64,000 nucleotides of DNA. Origin: an uncultured Bifidobacteriaceae bacterium (lineage in GTDB: Bacteria; Verrucomicrobiota; Verrucomicrobiia; Limisphaerales; UBA11358). The notes beneath the pieces were generated by a model that worked only from the letters and a program-made list of their open reading frames with translations, did no database searches and had not been told where the DNA came from. The position numbers and the translations under genes were made by a program. The DNA lies in the NCBI GenBank assembly GCA_964444085.1, contig CAYUGC010000001.1:9857-73856 (forward strand). The letters are read 5' to 3'. This document shows positions 63,450 to 64,000 of the stretch, in pieces. How positions within the stretch are numbered: position 1 is the first letter of the stretch; the number at the start of each line of letters is the position of its first letter.

Positions 63450-64000
63450 TGGCGATTTCGTTTTTAGAGTAGTAGCATAATGGCTCAGTTAATGGATTCG
63501 TCAAACCCAAAACATAACAGTTTGGCACAGTAAACACCTGTCTTCACAGGGAGCCAAACCGGGGCACAATCCGTTTATTAAAGCAATTGGAAATAACCTG
63601 AGTCTCTTTCAAAACCGCTGGCAAAGACGAGCCGAGACCCGGTTTGTCGTGTTTTGTCGCAATTTGGCGCGTTTTGGCGTTTTTGTCACCCATGTTTCGG
63701 TGCGCCGCCGGGCGAATGTCCTGGGCCGCCGGTACCAATCAGTCGGCTTGGCTGCGCCTTCTGGAACCCCAGTTGACGGCATCTGGTCTCAAAAGATTAC
63801 CAGCGATTACCGAAAATGACCGGAATTCGAATTTTACACACTTTACACACCCCAAAAAACTTTACCTTTTCTTTACCAAAATAATTTTTTGAAAGGTAAA
63901 GGTCCGGTCAGACGAGGCACACCTCATCCGTCGTTCCGACACGTTGACTCGCTTGCTCCCGCGCGCTCGGCCCTGCGGGCCTCCGTCCTGCGTCCGAAGT

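Noticed and set aside
63523-63538. TGGCAC string as the -24 element of a sigma-54 promoter near the kinase operon.
   Set aside because: The -12 position lacks TTGC/GC at the required spacing (the sequence is tggcacagtaaacacc). It also points away from the kinase gene toward a region with no credible ORF.
63644-63892. 82-aa ORF at the right end.
   Set aside because: It overlaps the repeat-dense region, its composition is not protein-like (Cys/Trp/Arg-rich followed by low complexity), and it has no ribosome-binding context.
63890-64000. GC-rich terminal segment (ggtaaaggtccggtcagacgagg...) as RNase P RNA, SRP RNA or tmRNA.
   Set aside because: The resemblances are only superficial (AAAGGTCCGG versus the RNase P GGAAAGUCCGG; GGUCCGG versus the SRP motif). 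The conserved flanking motifs are absent and the element is truncated by the window edge. It cannot be called.

Overview
This is a high-GC bacterial chromosome segment. Hand-counted 60-nt lines give roughly 60-75% GC in most genes. The gene content looks Verrucomicrobiota/Planctomycetota-like (exosortase plus PEP-CTERM protein, prepilin-type proteins, characteristic hairpin repeats); that taxonomic guess is inference only.

Layout, left to right:
- 1-5 kb: end of rpsI, then argC, a methyltransferase and argJ, with a convergent ROK kinase.
- 5-37 kb: a very large exopolysaccharide/exosortase locus. A NusG paralog, a secreted FN3/Ig-like protein and an AraC regulator sit at its head. They are followed by about 25 co-directional, mostly translationally coupled genes: beta-barrel OMP, Wza-like exporter, Wzc-like tyrosine autokinase, ABC exporter, about 11 glycosyltransferases, FkbM methyltransferase, beta-helix protein, Wzy-like polymerase, WcaF-like acetyltransferase, an exosortase fused to an EpsI-like domain, an extended WecA-like initiating transferase, and a TPR protein.
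- 37-47.8 kb: a small PEP-CTERM protein, divergently paired with a 3003-aa three-module NRPS (A-T-C-A-T-C-A-T-TE). My hand-read specificity codes give Thr-Pro-Val, and the thioesterase nucleophile is Cys instead of Ser. An Sfp-type PPTase is translationally coupled to it.
- 47.8-53.1 kb: a lower-GC stretch (about 45-50% in hand-counted lines). It holds a YgjP-like metallopeptidase, hypotheticals, a thioredoxin-like remnant, an operon of TAXI-like membrane protein, ClpS and a small protein, a TerB-like ORF, HU and tRNA-Val(CAC).
- 53-64 kb: a pseudopilin-like protein, a MacAB-like efflux system, tsaC/sua5, then a minus-strand operon (PAS histidine kinase, sigma-54 response regulator, GT-C-fold membrane protein), and a repeat-laden non-coding right end.

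The most interesting items:
1. The NRPS with the Cys-thioesterase, sitting directly beside the exosortase/PEP-CTERM locus.
2. A thioester-domain-like Cys/Gln motif pair in the PEP-CTERM protein.
3. Families of short phased (7-nt and 6-nt) and palindromic repeats. They occur at gene junctions and, in frame, inside loops and linkers of conserved enzymes.
4. Unusual domain fusions: exosortase-EpsI, and WecA plus a WbaP-N-terminal-like module.

All calls rest on reading the supplied ORF translations and the DNA by eye. No searches or computations were run. Domain boundaries are approximate.
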